Assembly: GCF_032191835.1 (NCBI RefSeq)
Contig: NC_083229.1
Location: 38,006,001 to 38,070,000, forward strand
Direction: 5' to 3'
From: Heteronotia binoei
Taxonomy: Eukaryota
DNA length: 64,000 bases
A program made the position numbers and the translations under genes. The notes beneath the pieces were generated by a model. That model did no database searches. It saw only the letters and a list, made by a program, of their open reading frames with translations, and was not told the DNA's origin. Shown piece after piece: positions 10,268 through 20,904 of this stretch; position 1 is the stretch's first letter, and every line of letters begins with the position of its first letter.

Positions 10268-10360
10268 CCCACATGTGTGATGCACAGAGACCACGAAGAA
10301 GATAGACAGGTTGCTTACCTGTAACTGTAGATCTTCGAATGGTCATCTGTGCATTCACAC
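10268..10360 (+). repeat. DIRS internal complementary region (ICR)
   Basis: 10268-10303 is complementary to 4662-4697 (1 mismatch) and 10304-10360 is complementary to 10567-10623 (1 mismatch). Confidence 0.95.
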
Positions 10361-10410
10361 TACCCGCCCTCCTTCCCCACTGCTGACGGTCTCCCTTTAA
10401 TAGGAGCTTT

Positions 10411-10623
10411 CAGCGGTTATGAAGGAACTGGCGGGATTACCGCGATGGCGCCGTTGGGCGTGCGCAATGGGACGCCTGCGCATGCCCAGTGGCGCCGACC
10501 GCGGAAAATTCCCGGGCTTTCTTACAGATACCGATCGGGGTCCGGCGCAGGCGCAGTATCCCACAAGTGTGAATGCACAGATGACCACTCGAAGATCTAC
10601 AGTTACAGGTAAGCAACCTGTCT
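10411..10623 (+). repeat. DIRS right ITR with terminal extension
   Basis: Inverted copy of the left ITR plus the ICR-complementary terminal segment. Confidence 0.93.
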
Positions 10624-11944
10624 TTCTTCATAGGGAAAGTGTTCCAAACCTTTAACCATTCTAGTTGCCCTTTTCTGGACTTTTTCCAGTGCTGTAATAT
10701 CCTTTTTGAGGTTCAGTGACCAGAATTGTACACAGTATTCCAAATGATACTGGCTTATTTGTTTTCAGTTCCCTTCCTAATAATTCCCAGCATGGCATTG
10801 ATCTTTTTTATTGCACTCGCAAACTGTCTTGACAATTTCAGTGAGTTATCTACTATGACCCCAAGATCTCTCTCTTGATCAGTCTCTGTCAGTTCACACC
10901 CCATCAACTTGTATTTGTAGCTGGGGTTTTTGGCCCCAATGTGCATTACTTTGCACTTGGCCACATTGAACCTCATCCGCCACGCTGACGCCCACTCACC
11001 CAGCCTCAACAAATCCCTTCAGAGTGCTTCACAATCCTCTCTGGTTCTCACCACCCTGAACAATTTAGTGTCATCTGCAAACTTGGCCACTTCGCTGCTT
11101 ACTCCCAACTCCAAATCATTTATGAACAAGTTAAAGAGCATGGGACCCAGTACTGAGCCCTGCGGCACCCCACTGCTTACTGTCCTCCACTGCAAAGACT
11201 GCCCATTTATACGCACTCTCTGCTTCCTATTAATGAGCCAGTTTTTGATCCACAAGAGGACCTGCCCTTTTACTCCATGACTCTCGAGCTTACTAAGGAG
11301 CCTTTGATGAGGAACTTTATCAAAAGCTTTCTGGAAGTCAAGGTAAACAACATCTATTGGGTCCCCTTTGTCCACATGTTTGTTCACCCCCTCAAAGAAA
11401 TGTAACAGGTTAGTGAGGCAAGATCTTCCCTTACAGAACCCATGCTGAGTCTTCCTCAATAACCTGTGTTCATCAATGTCCTTGATAATGGTTTCTACCA
11501 ACTTTCCCGGTGTTGAAGTCAGACTGACTGGCCTGTAATTTCCCGGATCTCCTCTGAAATCCTTTTTAAAGATGGGGGTGACATTTGCTACCTTCCAGTT
11601 CTCAGGAACGGAGGCAGATTTCAATGAAAGATTACATATTTTTGTCAGGAGATCCACAAGTTCAACTTTGAGTTCTTTCAGAACTCCTGGATGTATGCCA
11701 TCCAGATCTGGTGACTTATTAGTTTTTAATTCGTCAATCAGTTGTAGGACCTCCTCTCTTGTCACCTCAATCTGACTCAGGTCTTTCAACACCCCTTCCA
11801 AAATTAGTGGTTCTGGAGCGGGCAAACACTTCTCATCTTCCACAGTGAAGATGGGGGCAAAAAATGCATTCAGCTTCTCAGCCATTTCCCTATCCTCCTT
11901 CAGTAATCCTTTTACCCCTTGGTCATCCAAGGGCCCCACTACCA
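10624..11944 (-). mobile_element. CR1 LINE ORF2 RT region, 5'-truncated (split by DIRS)
   Basis: LDFQKAFDKVPH, GVPQGSVLGP and FADD motifs; frameshifts and deletions present; rejoins 4661 in frame. Confidence 0.95.
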
Positions 11945-12140
11945 TCTATTAAAAAAAAGTTAACTGAGCAATTTTCCTCTCATACTTCCACCATAATCCC
12001 TATTTCTCTTTCAATGATTGTTGTTTGATTTTAAATTAGCTTACAGTTGGTATGACTATACATTTAGCATTCCCCTTAATCTTAGAAGCTGAAGAGATGT
12101 AAGTATTCATTTTAACGTATTTTACTGTTATACCTTAGGC

Positions 12141-12459
12141 CAAGGATGGCCAAACCTGCTTAATGTAAGAGCCACCTAGAATAAATGTCAGAAGTTTGAG
12201 TGTTGAAAGACATGAACATCAGATGTTTGGGAGGGAAGGAAGGAAGTCAAATAGATGGGGCAGGGAGGAGGGGGAGAGAGGTGGAAAGAAAGCAACTTTA
12301 ACTTTAAATGCATTCTCCAAGCTGGATTGACTTGGATAAATGATTTAGAGAGAAATGCCTTCTCCAAGCCAGATGACAGGGCACTGGGAGCTTCGAGAGC
12401 CACACAATATGTGTGAAAGAGACACATGTGGCTCCCGAGCTGCAGTTTGGCCTCCCCTG
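12141..12459 (+). mobile_element. hAT (Buster/Charlie-like) MITE, ~320 bp family
   Basis: caggggtggccaaac-type TIRs; TSD ccttaggc/ccctaggc. Confidence 0.85.
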
Positions 12460-12628
12460 CCCTAGGCACAAGGCTGTATAATCATGCTGCTGGTGTATGG
12501 CAACAGCTATGAAGAGATAGATGATCTGTTGGCTTCTCATATCCAAAACATCTTTTACATCTACATGTTAATCATCTTAGTCCGAGTTAACCAAAATTAT
12601 TTTTTTAAAAAACATTTAAAACATTTAC

Positions 12629-12768
12629 CGTAATATCCTGAGAATCTTTTCCAAGTGTTTAACATCTGTGCATTTTTCAATGAATTTGTAGTCCAGATGT
12701 TCAATGGGAATGTGATATGTTTTTGTTGTCCCTTGGCCCAGTAAATGTGAAACTTCTTCAGCACTCAT
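12629..12768 (-). CDS. SPAG1: SPAG1 first coding exon (MSAEEVSHLLGQGTTKTYHIPIEHLDYKFIEKCTDVKHLEKILRILR)
   Basis: ATG at 12768, acceptor at 12771-12772, donor gtaaat; 140 coding nt; matches recalled human GTTKTFKIPIEHLDFKYIEKCSDVKHLEKIL. Confidence 0.96.
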
Positions 12769-14555
12769 AACTAGAATTGTGAAATATAATTTTACACCAG
12801 ATTTTCCCAGTGTTTTTGAAGTATATAATTTATTTTATATATTTATATGCCCAACTTTCTATCAAGCAACTTAGGACCCAAGGCAGGTACAACAATACAA
12901 ATATTAAAACAACAAATATAAAATACAATAAAATCACATTGAATACCAGTCTGACTCTAAAAAACATCTTATGTCCCACTAGCAGGATGTTCCTCCTTTG
13001 CCCAGGCTATCCCAAAACTCCTCAAAATATTTCTGTTTTACAGAAAGCCAGGAGCTCCACTGATCTCTTTCTTCACAGAAGTGGTTTCACAAGCATGGGG
13101 CAATTACTGGGCCCAAATTGTCCCAGAATATGCCTTAGGCAAAGGGAACGCCAATAGATTTCGCTGAGAAGCTGCCATATGGGGAAAGGATTTCTGTTGG
13201 AAGACAACATTAATAAAGAAACAAAAGTAGTCTGTAATATTATTTAGATATTTATACTCCACTTTTGTCCCTGAGACCCAAAGTGTTTATAAAATCATTT
13301 TGTGCGCATGTTAAAAGCTTATACCCAGAATTAAACTTTGTTGATCTTAAGGGTACTACTGGACTCAAACAAAAATCCTGTGAAGTAGGCCAAACCAAGG
13401 TAGAATCACTAGCATAAGGTCATCCAGCAAGCTTCTATGACAGACTAGAAACTGGAACTTGGATTTCCCTGACACTGTAACCATGTTACCATTCTGGATC
13501 TTAGAACAGTTGTGCCAAAAACATGCATTTAACTGGGTGGGCTGACTTCACACAGTATGGAATGCTATGGGCACACAACCTAGCCAGTTTTTGCCACCAC
13601 AGCAAAAAATTCCATAGCCTCTTCAGCCTTCTACACAGCAAATTTTAATATTAAAATTTCTATAATATTTTCACATAAGGATTTATTCAATTCTGTCTTT
13701 ATAACAACAATGAACTGTTAAGACAAATAATTATTTAATGTGCCACAGTTTTTGTTATTATCAGAAGAATCAGGACAAACGCCCTCTTCAGGTTAAAAAA
13801 GTTAAAGCAGCAACTTTTTCAACTGTTAGCAATTATTGCTTGGTACTCCAATGACCACGGTTCCTTGAGATCTCAGAAGGCGTTAGAGGTCAGGCCCAAA
13901 CTCAAAAAACTCCCCCAAATGGTGGGTACTGCTTTCCTTTCCTTTTCACTGTGTGCTGCCAGCCCCAAGATAACATTTCAAAACCTTCCATCTTTGTTCA
14001 GCTCTAGAAGCTTAAAATGATTTCTACACTTTGCCCTCAAGATTAAGACAGATGCCAGCCACAGGCAAGGACTGGGATTAACTGCAGACACTTCCAAGAG
14101 AAATCATTCTCTTCCATCAGTCCCCATCCCCTTTAGCAACCCACAGCAGCTGGTTTCCACTGCAGTTTCTGCCCCATGGCTGTGACGGACACTGGACTGG
14201 AATGGGTCCAGCACTGATGTGTCTTCTAGGAAATTCTGGAGCTGTTCTGCCACCACTCTCTCAATTACTTTACCTAGAAATGAAAGATTTGAGACTGAGT
14301 GGTAACTGGAAGAATCCATAGGATCCAGAGATGGCTCCTTTAAGAGCAGTACTACCGCAGCCTCTTTTAATCCCTCTGAGTAGATCCCCAGATCGAGGAA
14401 CAGATTGATAATGTCTACCAGGAGATTCTGTATTCCCTCACCACTGGCTTTCACCAGTCCTGAGGAACATGGGTCTAAGAGGCATATGGTTGGCCTAACA
14501 GCACCCAAGATCCTCTCAACATCAGCCCAGTAGAATTAGCTAAAGGTCAAATAAG

Positions 14556-14685
14556 CAGGAGTGGCCAACGGTAGCTCTCCAGATGTTTTTTGCCTACAAC
14601 TCCCATCAGCCATTGGCCATGCTGGCTGGGGCTGATGGGAGTTGTAGGCAAAAAACATCTGGAGAGCTACCGTTGGCCACCCCTG
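14556..14685. mobile_element. Palindromic hAT MITE, same family as 2032-2167
   Basis: Near-identical sequence in the opposite orientation; TSD not clean. Confidence 0.85.
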
Positions 14686-14704
14686 AAATACTGAATCCAA
14701 GATG

Positions 14705-14950
14705 ATTATGAAGATGAGGAGGAAGAGATTGGATTTATACCCTGCCCTTCACTACCTGAAGGAGTCTCAGAGTGGCTTACGATCTCTTTTCTCTTCCCCT
14801 TCCAACAACAGGTAAGTGGAGCTGAGAGAGTTCTAACAGAAACTGCTCAAGAGGAATAGCTCTGCAAGAACTTGTGACTGATTCAAGGTCAGATCAACAG
14901 GTGTATGTGGACTCCCAAGATAAGAGTCCACGCACTTAACCAAACACCAA
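14705..14950 (-). mobile_element. Squam3-like (tRNA/CORE) SINE
   Basis: ttggtgt..ggttaagt head and gggtataaatccaat tail on -. Confidence 0.7.
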
Positions 14951-16310
14951 TTGTGCTGGGTGAGAGCTAGCAGCAGTTGCGATGGAAGCTGCATAAAATT
15001 CCTTTTTAGCAGCCTTCACTGCCACCTCATAGGAGTTCATAAATGTCATAAAAGAAGTTCTTGCAGCTTTATCATAAGTATGCTGCCACAATCTTTCCAG
15101 TTGTCTAAGTTCATCTCCCTGAGTTCTGTACTGTACCGGGGGAATAATTCAGATCAGGAGTGGCTAGGATATGGGGGAGCAATTTCATCAATGGCTTCAG
15201 AGAGATGAGAGTTCCAGTCCTCTATCAGCACAAATGACGTACTGTAAATTTCAAAACTTGCATAAGCCACTATTACAACTGTAATGAAAATGAGCACCCA
15301 ATGCTACTGTTATTAGGAAAAGGCCAGACGAACACCTTAAGCATATATTCTGGACTGTACATCATGACTTGAGGAGGTCTGACAACAGTCCTGTCCTGCA
15401 CTGGAGGATTTGTCTGGATAGTTTTGATCTTTTTGACTCAATAATTCCATGTACTATAATCTTTTCTGAATTCATCTCCAACAATTTGATTTCCAATATG
15501 GTCAACATTTCTCTGATCAGTTGCTGTTTTATGTGTCTTCTGTGCTTCCATGTTACTCATGCACTTATTGAAGACCTGGCAAATAGTACAGAATTCATCT
15601 TTTCAAGAACTTCCCCCAACTTTCTTAATTTTAAATAGTTTCAGTTTTTGAATATGAGGATTGGTTACGTTTTTATGGACAACACCTGATGAAGTATCAG
15701 AGTATCACCTACCATTTTGACTGTCACATACACTTTAAGTAGGTTAGCAACTTTAGGTAGGCCTCACTGCAAATATGAAGGTTACAGAGTAAGGCATATC
15801 AGGATACCTAATAACTTTTGTTATGCAAGCAAGCAGATGGAATGTACTATGCAAAGGTTTGAGTGCCAATATATACTTTGCTGGAGACCACTTTATAAAT
15901 CCACCCACTCCCACCACTAAGTAGGTTTTTGGAGGAAAACATGGAATCTTTGAAAGAGGTTTCTTTGAAAGAGAGGGGAGGGGTGGCTCAAGGGTGCAAG
16001 TACTTTACATTTATTAGCGGTACCATGGGGGAGAGTGGGAGTGGGAGGGGTACCCAGAGTAAATCTGCAGTCTTCTTCTTCTAGATGGGGAGTTCAACTT
16101 CAGTCGCTTTCTGCACCAACCCATATTGGTTTATTTCAGGAGCAGGGCAGGGAGTGCTTTAAAGACAGTAAAAGTAGATTTTTGAAACAGAAAGGGGCAG
16201 TATTAAGTATCAAAATTGAAAGGACTTTGAAAAAAGAGTGGTAAAGCGGAAGTTCGGGACGACAAGGCTGATTTGAAAGAGTTAGAAAGGGTGCAGCTAT
16301 CGGGCCTCAC

Positions 16311-16520
16311 CTTCGCTTGCTCAGTGGGACCTGGGGCAGCAGTGTTGACGCCTTTCTCCTGAACTGGGTCTGTGGGCGGTGAAGACGCACCTGCTGGCTC
16401 CTGAAGCCCGACTGGCTGCCGACCTGGGACTGCAGAGGACCCGCTCCTGCCAGGCCTAGCTCCGAGAGACGCTTCCACCCACCTACTCAACATCAGCAGC
16501 AACAGAGCGGGAGAAGTGCT
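16311..16520 (-). other. SPAG1: Putative non-coding SPAG1 exon 1
   Basis: AAG|GTGAGG donor at 16311/16310 inside a GC/CpG-rich block just downstream (on -) of an X-box; 5' boundary is a guess. Confidence 0.5.
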
Positions 16521-17029
16521 GGTTCACCGCGGTCTGGTTTCTATAGCAACGTAGAGCGCACACATGCGCAGTCCATTAAAATTCTGCTTGGGCGATTTCC
16601 CCCCCCCCCGCCCTCCCTCCATATGAGGGTGCAGGGCAGGGGGGACTGTTTCATTTTGTGTGCTTGAAGTTTTTCCCTCCGCAAGTGTGCACTGACCTCC
16701 CTCCCCTTCATGCCCGGCCTCGTGGAGCTGTTTTCATTATTGGCTCAGTATGCGAAGGGGTTGGAGCCCTTTGAAAACGATACAGAAATGCCCGCTACTG
16801 CTGTCGTTGCTTCTGCTCGCAACATTGTGCGCTACTGCCGCTATGCTCAGCTTCCTAACTTGTTCCCTCCATCCTAGAGTTTCGTTGCAAGCCCCAGAGC
16901 TGCTTCCCTCAATAGCTCTCATTGCTTCCATCGCCTCCCACAGCCACCGCATCCCTGAAAGAAACTCTCCCCCGCCTTTTTTAAAATTTCCCAACAATCT
17001 GTGATACGATACAACAAAGTTTGACTCCG

Positions 17030-17098
17030 ATTGGCACCTTTTAAGGTTTAATTCTGGGTATAAGTTTTCGTGTGCGTGCACGCTTCCTCAGATACAAG
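17030..17098 (-). mobile_element. Penelope-like pseudo-LTR remnant with hammerhead motif
   Basis: gtat-CTGAGGA-A-gcgtgc-ac-gcacac-GAAA-actt-atac followed by the aaggtgcca PLE terminal motif. Confidence 0.7.
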
Positions 17099-17652
17099 GC
17101 AAGCTTATCTCCACGTCGTCTGAAGTGCACTGAAATGTAACGGGGAGGAGCAAGTATGTAGAATAGACAAGTATGTAGAAAGTATCTCGACACAGCGCTT
17201 AGGCCTTGGATGAGGCAAAAAAACCCCAAAACCCTGCGCCTGCAAGAACCACGCTTCACTTAAAGTCACGTCAAATTGCACTTTTTTGCTCTCTTCTGCA
17301 CAGCGTAGAGCTTTCGAGCGCATGCGCGGAAAGCGAGACGCTAATTATAGCCGCCCCTGCTGACACTGGACAAAAGGGAAACGAGAAACAATTGCGAAGA
17401 GCGGTTGCCGGGGCGACGCTAGGTCGCTCTTAGACCTCTTGAGAAGGAGCATCACCTCCCTCTCCTATAAAGCGCTTACGAAGACCATCTCACACTGCAG
17501 AAGCGGATTTGATGTTAACTTTTAAAATCCACTTCACCAGTATAATGCTTAGGGTGGCTAACTAAAGCGATAAAGAACAATCCTGTGGCACCTTAAGGGC
17601 TAACATTTATTTCATGTGGGCAGCCATGTTGATCTGAAGCAACAGAATGAAG

Positions 17653-18242
17653 GAGTCCAGTAGCATCTTTAAGACCAACAAAGTTTTATTCAGAATGTAA
17701 GCTTTCGTATGCATGTGTACTTCGTCAGACAAGGAATGAGGTACAGCGAGCAAAGCTACATAAAGCTGGTGAGCAGTGGTTTAGAATGCAAAATGGTACA
17801 AAGTTAAACTCCAATGGCAAAATAGTGTAATTAAGAAATTGAAAGAACATTTGGTCTGGATAGCATTTGCATGGGAAACCAATAAAATGTAATAAAAGCT
17901 GACCGTTAATTGCCCTATTGCTAGCAAGTAGGGTTAACTAAAGACACATTTTTCTTAAAGATGTTCTTGTCCACATAATTTACTTTTTAAAGTATAACAT
18001 GCATTATAAACATCATTCTAATTTATCATAAGAAAATGCTATCCAGACCAAATGTCAATTTGTTAACTATATTATTTTGCCATTGGATTTTAACTTTGTA
18101 CAATTTTGCATTCTAAACCACTACCCACCAGCTATATGTATGCTCACTGAACCTCATTCCTTGTCTGAAGAAGTATGCATGCACATAACAAAAGTTTACA
18201 TTCTGAATAAATTTTGTTGGACTTAAAGGTGCTACTGGACTC
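17653..18242. mobile_element. Penelope-like element as a ~210-bp inverted repeat
   Basis: Arms 17653-17868 and 18034-18242; both end in ...ttaaag(g/a)tgctactggactc. Confidence 0.8.
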
Positions 18243-19268
18243 TGACATTATTCTGACATTTATTTCAATATAGGGTTAGGGTTAGTTCCTGGTTGGGAAA
18301 TATCAGGAAATTTAGGGGGTGATCTGAAGATGGGGAGATCCGGAGCATAGTGCCTCGATCCAACTTCCCAAACAACAATCTTCTGTCACCTGAAGATCAG
18401 TTGTAAGCCTGAGATCCCTAGTCATCACCTGGAGGTTGGTAATCCTAGTCACAGCTCGCTTTCTCAGATACATTAAAATAAATGTTAGTAGTTAAGGTGC
18501 CACTGTATTTATACTGTAACAGCCTAAGACTTCTCAATCATCACAAAAGTAACTAAAGGAATTTATGCTATGCAACATAAGCATGTCCCCTTCACCTGCT
18601 GCTGAAAACAGATCAAGCGGCTCCAGCAGGCAGAGCAGATAGAGGAAAATCTTGGAAAAAACTTTTCTCTGTAGGAACTTTTTGAGGCTGAGCTCACATT
18701 CTGAAGCACAGAAGTCAAGTGTGCTGAAGGTTCCTGTCCTACGCACGTGTTCATGAATATTCATGAATATGAATCTTGCTGGATGAAGGCTAGATCAAGG
18801 CAGGCAACCTTCTGGGCCAAATGGAGGCTCAAAGAATGATTAAGCCACTGTGGGTCCTCATTGGAGAGAAAGGTGCATTATGAATATAATAAATTAATGA
18901 TTTAAAGACTGAATATAGCTGAAGACATATGTAAGATAAAACTGGGATCTTAGTGCAGTTCATTAATAGCAAACTGGGGATGGACAAACTTAAAAGCTAA
19001 GCATTTGGTGAAGTCTGACACAAGTTATAGGCCTAAAGGAACATTAACTCATGTTATTTCTAGGCACTCAAACAGACAATGAATGGACAAGGCCATCCCC
19101 GAAGGCTTACAATCTCAAAGAATTTTTTTTAAATAAATCTTCATTTTACACTGTTAGCAGGCTTCAGTGGAGGATTTAGAGAAAAATATGTTATACCTAA
19201 ACTAAACAATACTGTGAAAAATATTAGATAATCTGAAAACATTGACCAAACTTAGCCTTACTCTAAAG

Positions 19269-19570
19269 TGGGGCTGGTCAAACATGCTTAACGTAACAGC
19301 CACATAGAGTAAACATCAGATGTTTGAGAGCTGCAAGACATGAACATCAGAGGTTTGAGGAGAGATGGAGGGAGGCAAATTGATGAGGGATAGATGGAAA
19401 GAAAGCAACTTTAAATGCATTCTCCAAGCCACTGGCTGGCTTGATAAAGTGATTTAAAGAGACAAATGCCTTCTCCAAGCCAGCCAACAGGATGATGGGG
19501 ACTTTAAGAGCCACACAATATGTGTGAAAGAGCTATATGTGGCTCCCAAGCCACAGTTTGGCTACCCCTG
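19269..19570 (+). mobile_element. hAT (Buster-like) MITE copy
   Basis: Same family; TSD ctctaaag/ctttaaag. Confidence 0.85.
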
Positions 19571-19701
19571 CTTTAAAGTATACTTTTAATTCGAAACAGA
19601 AAAAATATACCCACACTTGCCCCTAATGTGGTGGTGGGGAATTAAAACCAATCAGAAATCACTATTGGAGGAAAAAAGGAAACAAAATGTTTGAATAGAA
19701 T

Positions 19702-19707
19702 TTTATT
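19702..19707 (-). terminator. POLR2K: POLR2K polyadenylation signal AATAAA
   Basis: tttatt on + about 115 nt past the POLR2K stop. Confidence 0.6.
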
Positions 19708-19819
19708 ATGATTACTGAATAATTTACACTATCAGGATATGCTTTCTCATAACAAACACAGCAATAAATTTAGCATGTAAAGAACACATTGCGAGAAATC
19801 AGAAGCATCTTCAACTTCT

Positions 19820-19842
19820 TCATCGGGCATCAAATACAACCA
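19820..19842 (-). CDS. POLR2K: POLR2K last coding exon ((L)VVFDAR*)
   Basis: tatag acceptor; tg gtt gta ttt gat gcc cga tga; canonical RPB12/RPABC4 C-terminus. Confidence 0.95.
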
Positions 19843-20811
19843 CTATAGGAGAGTTAAGGAAAAAAGTCGGAAAGCATCTACAAAAAATTGACTCTAACAT
19901 ATGTGGTGGACAATACAGACAGCAGATGTGCCTGTGCATATGGAAACTGATAAGCACAGAGCTTAATGGAGCCCACTTCCTTGCCTGTCTGGCCACTGGT
20001 CAATGCAATACATCAGCCATTCAGTAGTAAACCAATACATACCTCCCATACGCTTATGTATCGCAACTACTGCTGTCCTCTCCACTATTAAGATCAATGA
20101 TAACCTACAGTAAACAACTAGAAGACTTCAGTGTGCACATAGGTGACATGTAGCTAGTGAGGGAGAAGACTTCTTTAAGCCAATTTCCTTATCTAGGTAC
20201 TACATATTTTGTGCTTATACAAAGGAATTGAAATATGTCCTGCGCACATGTCTTAACAAACCAAAAAAGAAGCAAATGTGAAAATCCAATTTCTTGCAAC
20301 AGCTTTTTTTGGAACAACAGCCTTCTGCCTTGGTGGTTCAATAGTTTATACTTTTATGTTCCTAATGCCTAAAATAGCTCCTCTCCCCTTTCAAGTTAAA
20401 TACACTGGTTACACTTCATTTAAACTAAACAGCTCAATCAACACTTTAAATGTGACTTTACACAGCAAAGATGTGGGGTGAATAAGACAATAAACTAGGC
20501 ATAAGCATTTATGTTTCTCTTCCTCACACATGTCCAACAGAACTTCTGCATCATCTTTAACCATGTCTTGTTCAAGATATATTGAATTTAATAGTGCTTA
20601 TTTGCAAAGTAATGCATTTAGAATTAGTATATAGGTTTCACTGACTTCAAGGGGAGTTAAGCATTCTTAAAAAACCTTATGAGAAATAATTTTATCACCA
20701 ATCATCAGATTCAGTTCAGAAATTACAATTTTCATTGGGGAGAAAAAAATGCTGAAAGCTCAAGCAGTCAAAACAGCATGTTAGAATTAAGATGGTTATT
20801 TAAAAGGATAC

Positions 20812-20904
20812 ATCTTTTTGTTCTCTTCTTGTACATTATTCTGTAACCACACTCTCTGCATCGGATGGTCTCTTTTGCATTTATTTCATTTTCTCTATGA
20901 CACT
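20812..20904 (-). CDS. POLR2K: POLR2K middle coding exon ([31 protein letters not shown])
   Basis: 93-nt AG/GT exon with zinc-ribbon cysteines and the invariant [16 protein letters not shown]. Confidence 0.95.

Larger units (their letters stand above)
4662..10623 (+). mobile_element. Full-length DIRS1-type tyrosine-recombinase retrotransposon (antisense in SPAG1 intron 2)
   Basis: Inverted terminal repeats, internal complementary region, gag, RT/RNaseH/MT and overlapping YR ORFs; no TSD. Confidence 0.97.
14100..15200 (-). mobile_element. Decayed L2 LINE ORF2 fragment interrupted by a MITE and a SINE
   Basis: SNLSFLGKVIERVVAEQL...LDPFQS...HGAETA; upstream segment reads as a degenerate LERLWQHTY...YEVAVKAAKKEFYAASIA. 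Confidence 0.8.
16250..17480. promoter_or_regulatory. CpG-rich SPAG1 promoter region
   Basis: High CpG density versus flanks; X-box-like GTTTCTATAGCAAC (16537-16550) and GTTGCCGGGGCGAC (17404-17417); NRF1 consensus GCGCATGCGC (17318-17327). Confidence 0.7.

Noticed and set aside
16203-17081. ORFs in the SPAG1 promoter region
   Set aside because: No recognisable homology; typical GC-island ORFs.
18273-18286. Telomeric (TTAGGG) seed
   Set aside because: Only about two units, coinciding with a TAGGGTTGCC-type MITE terminus.
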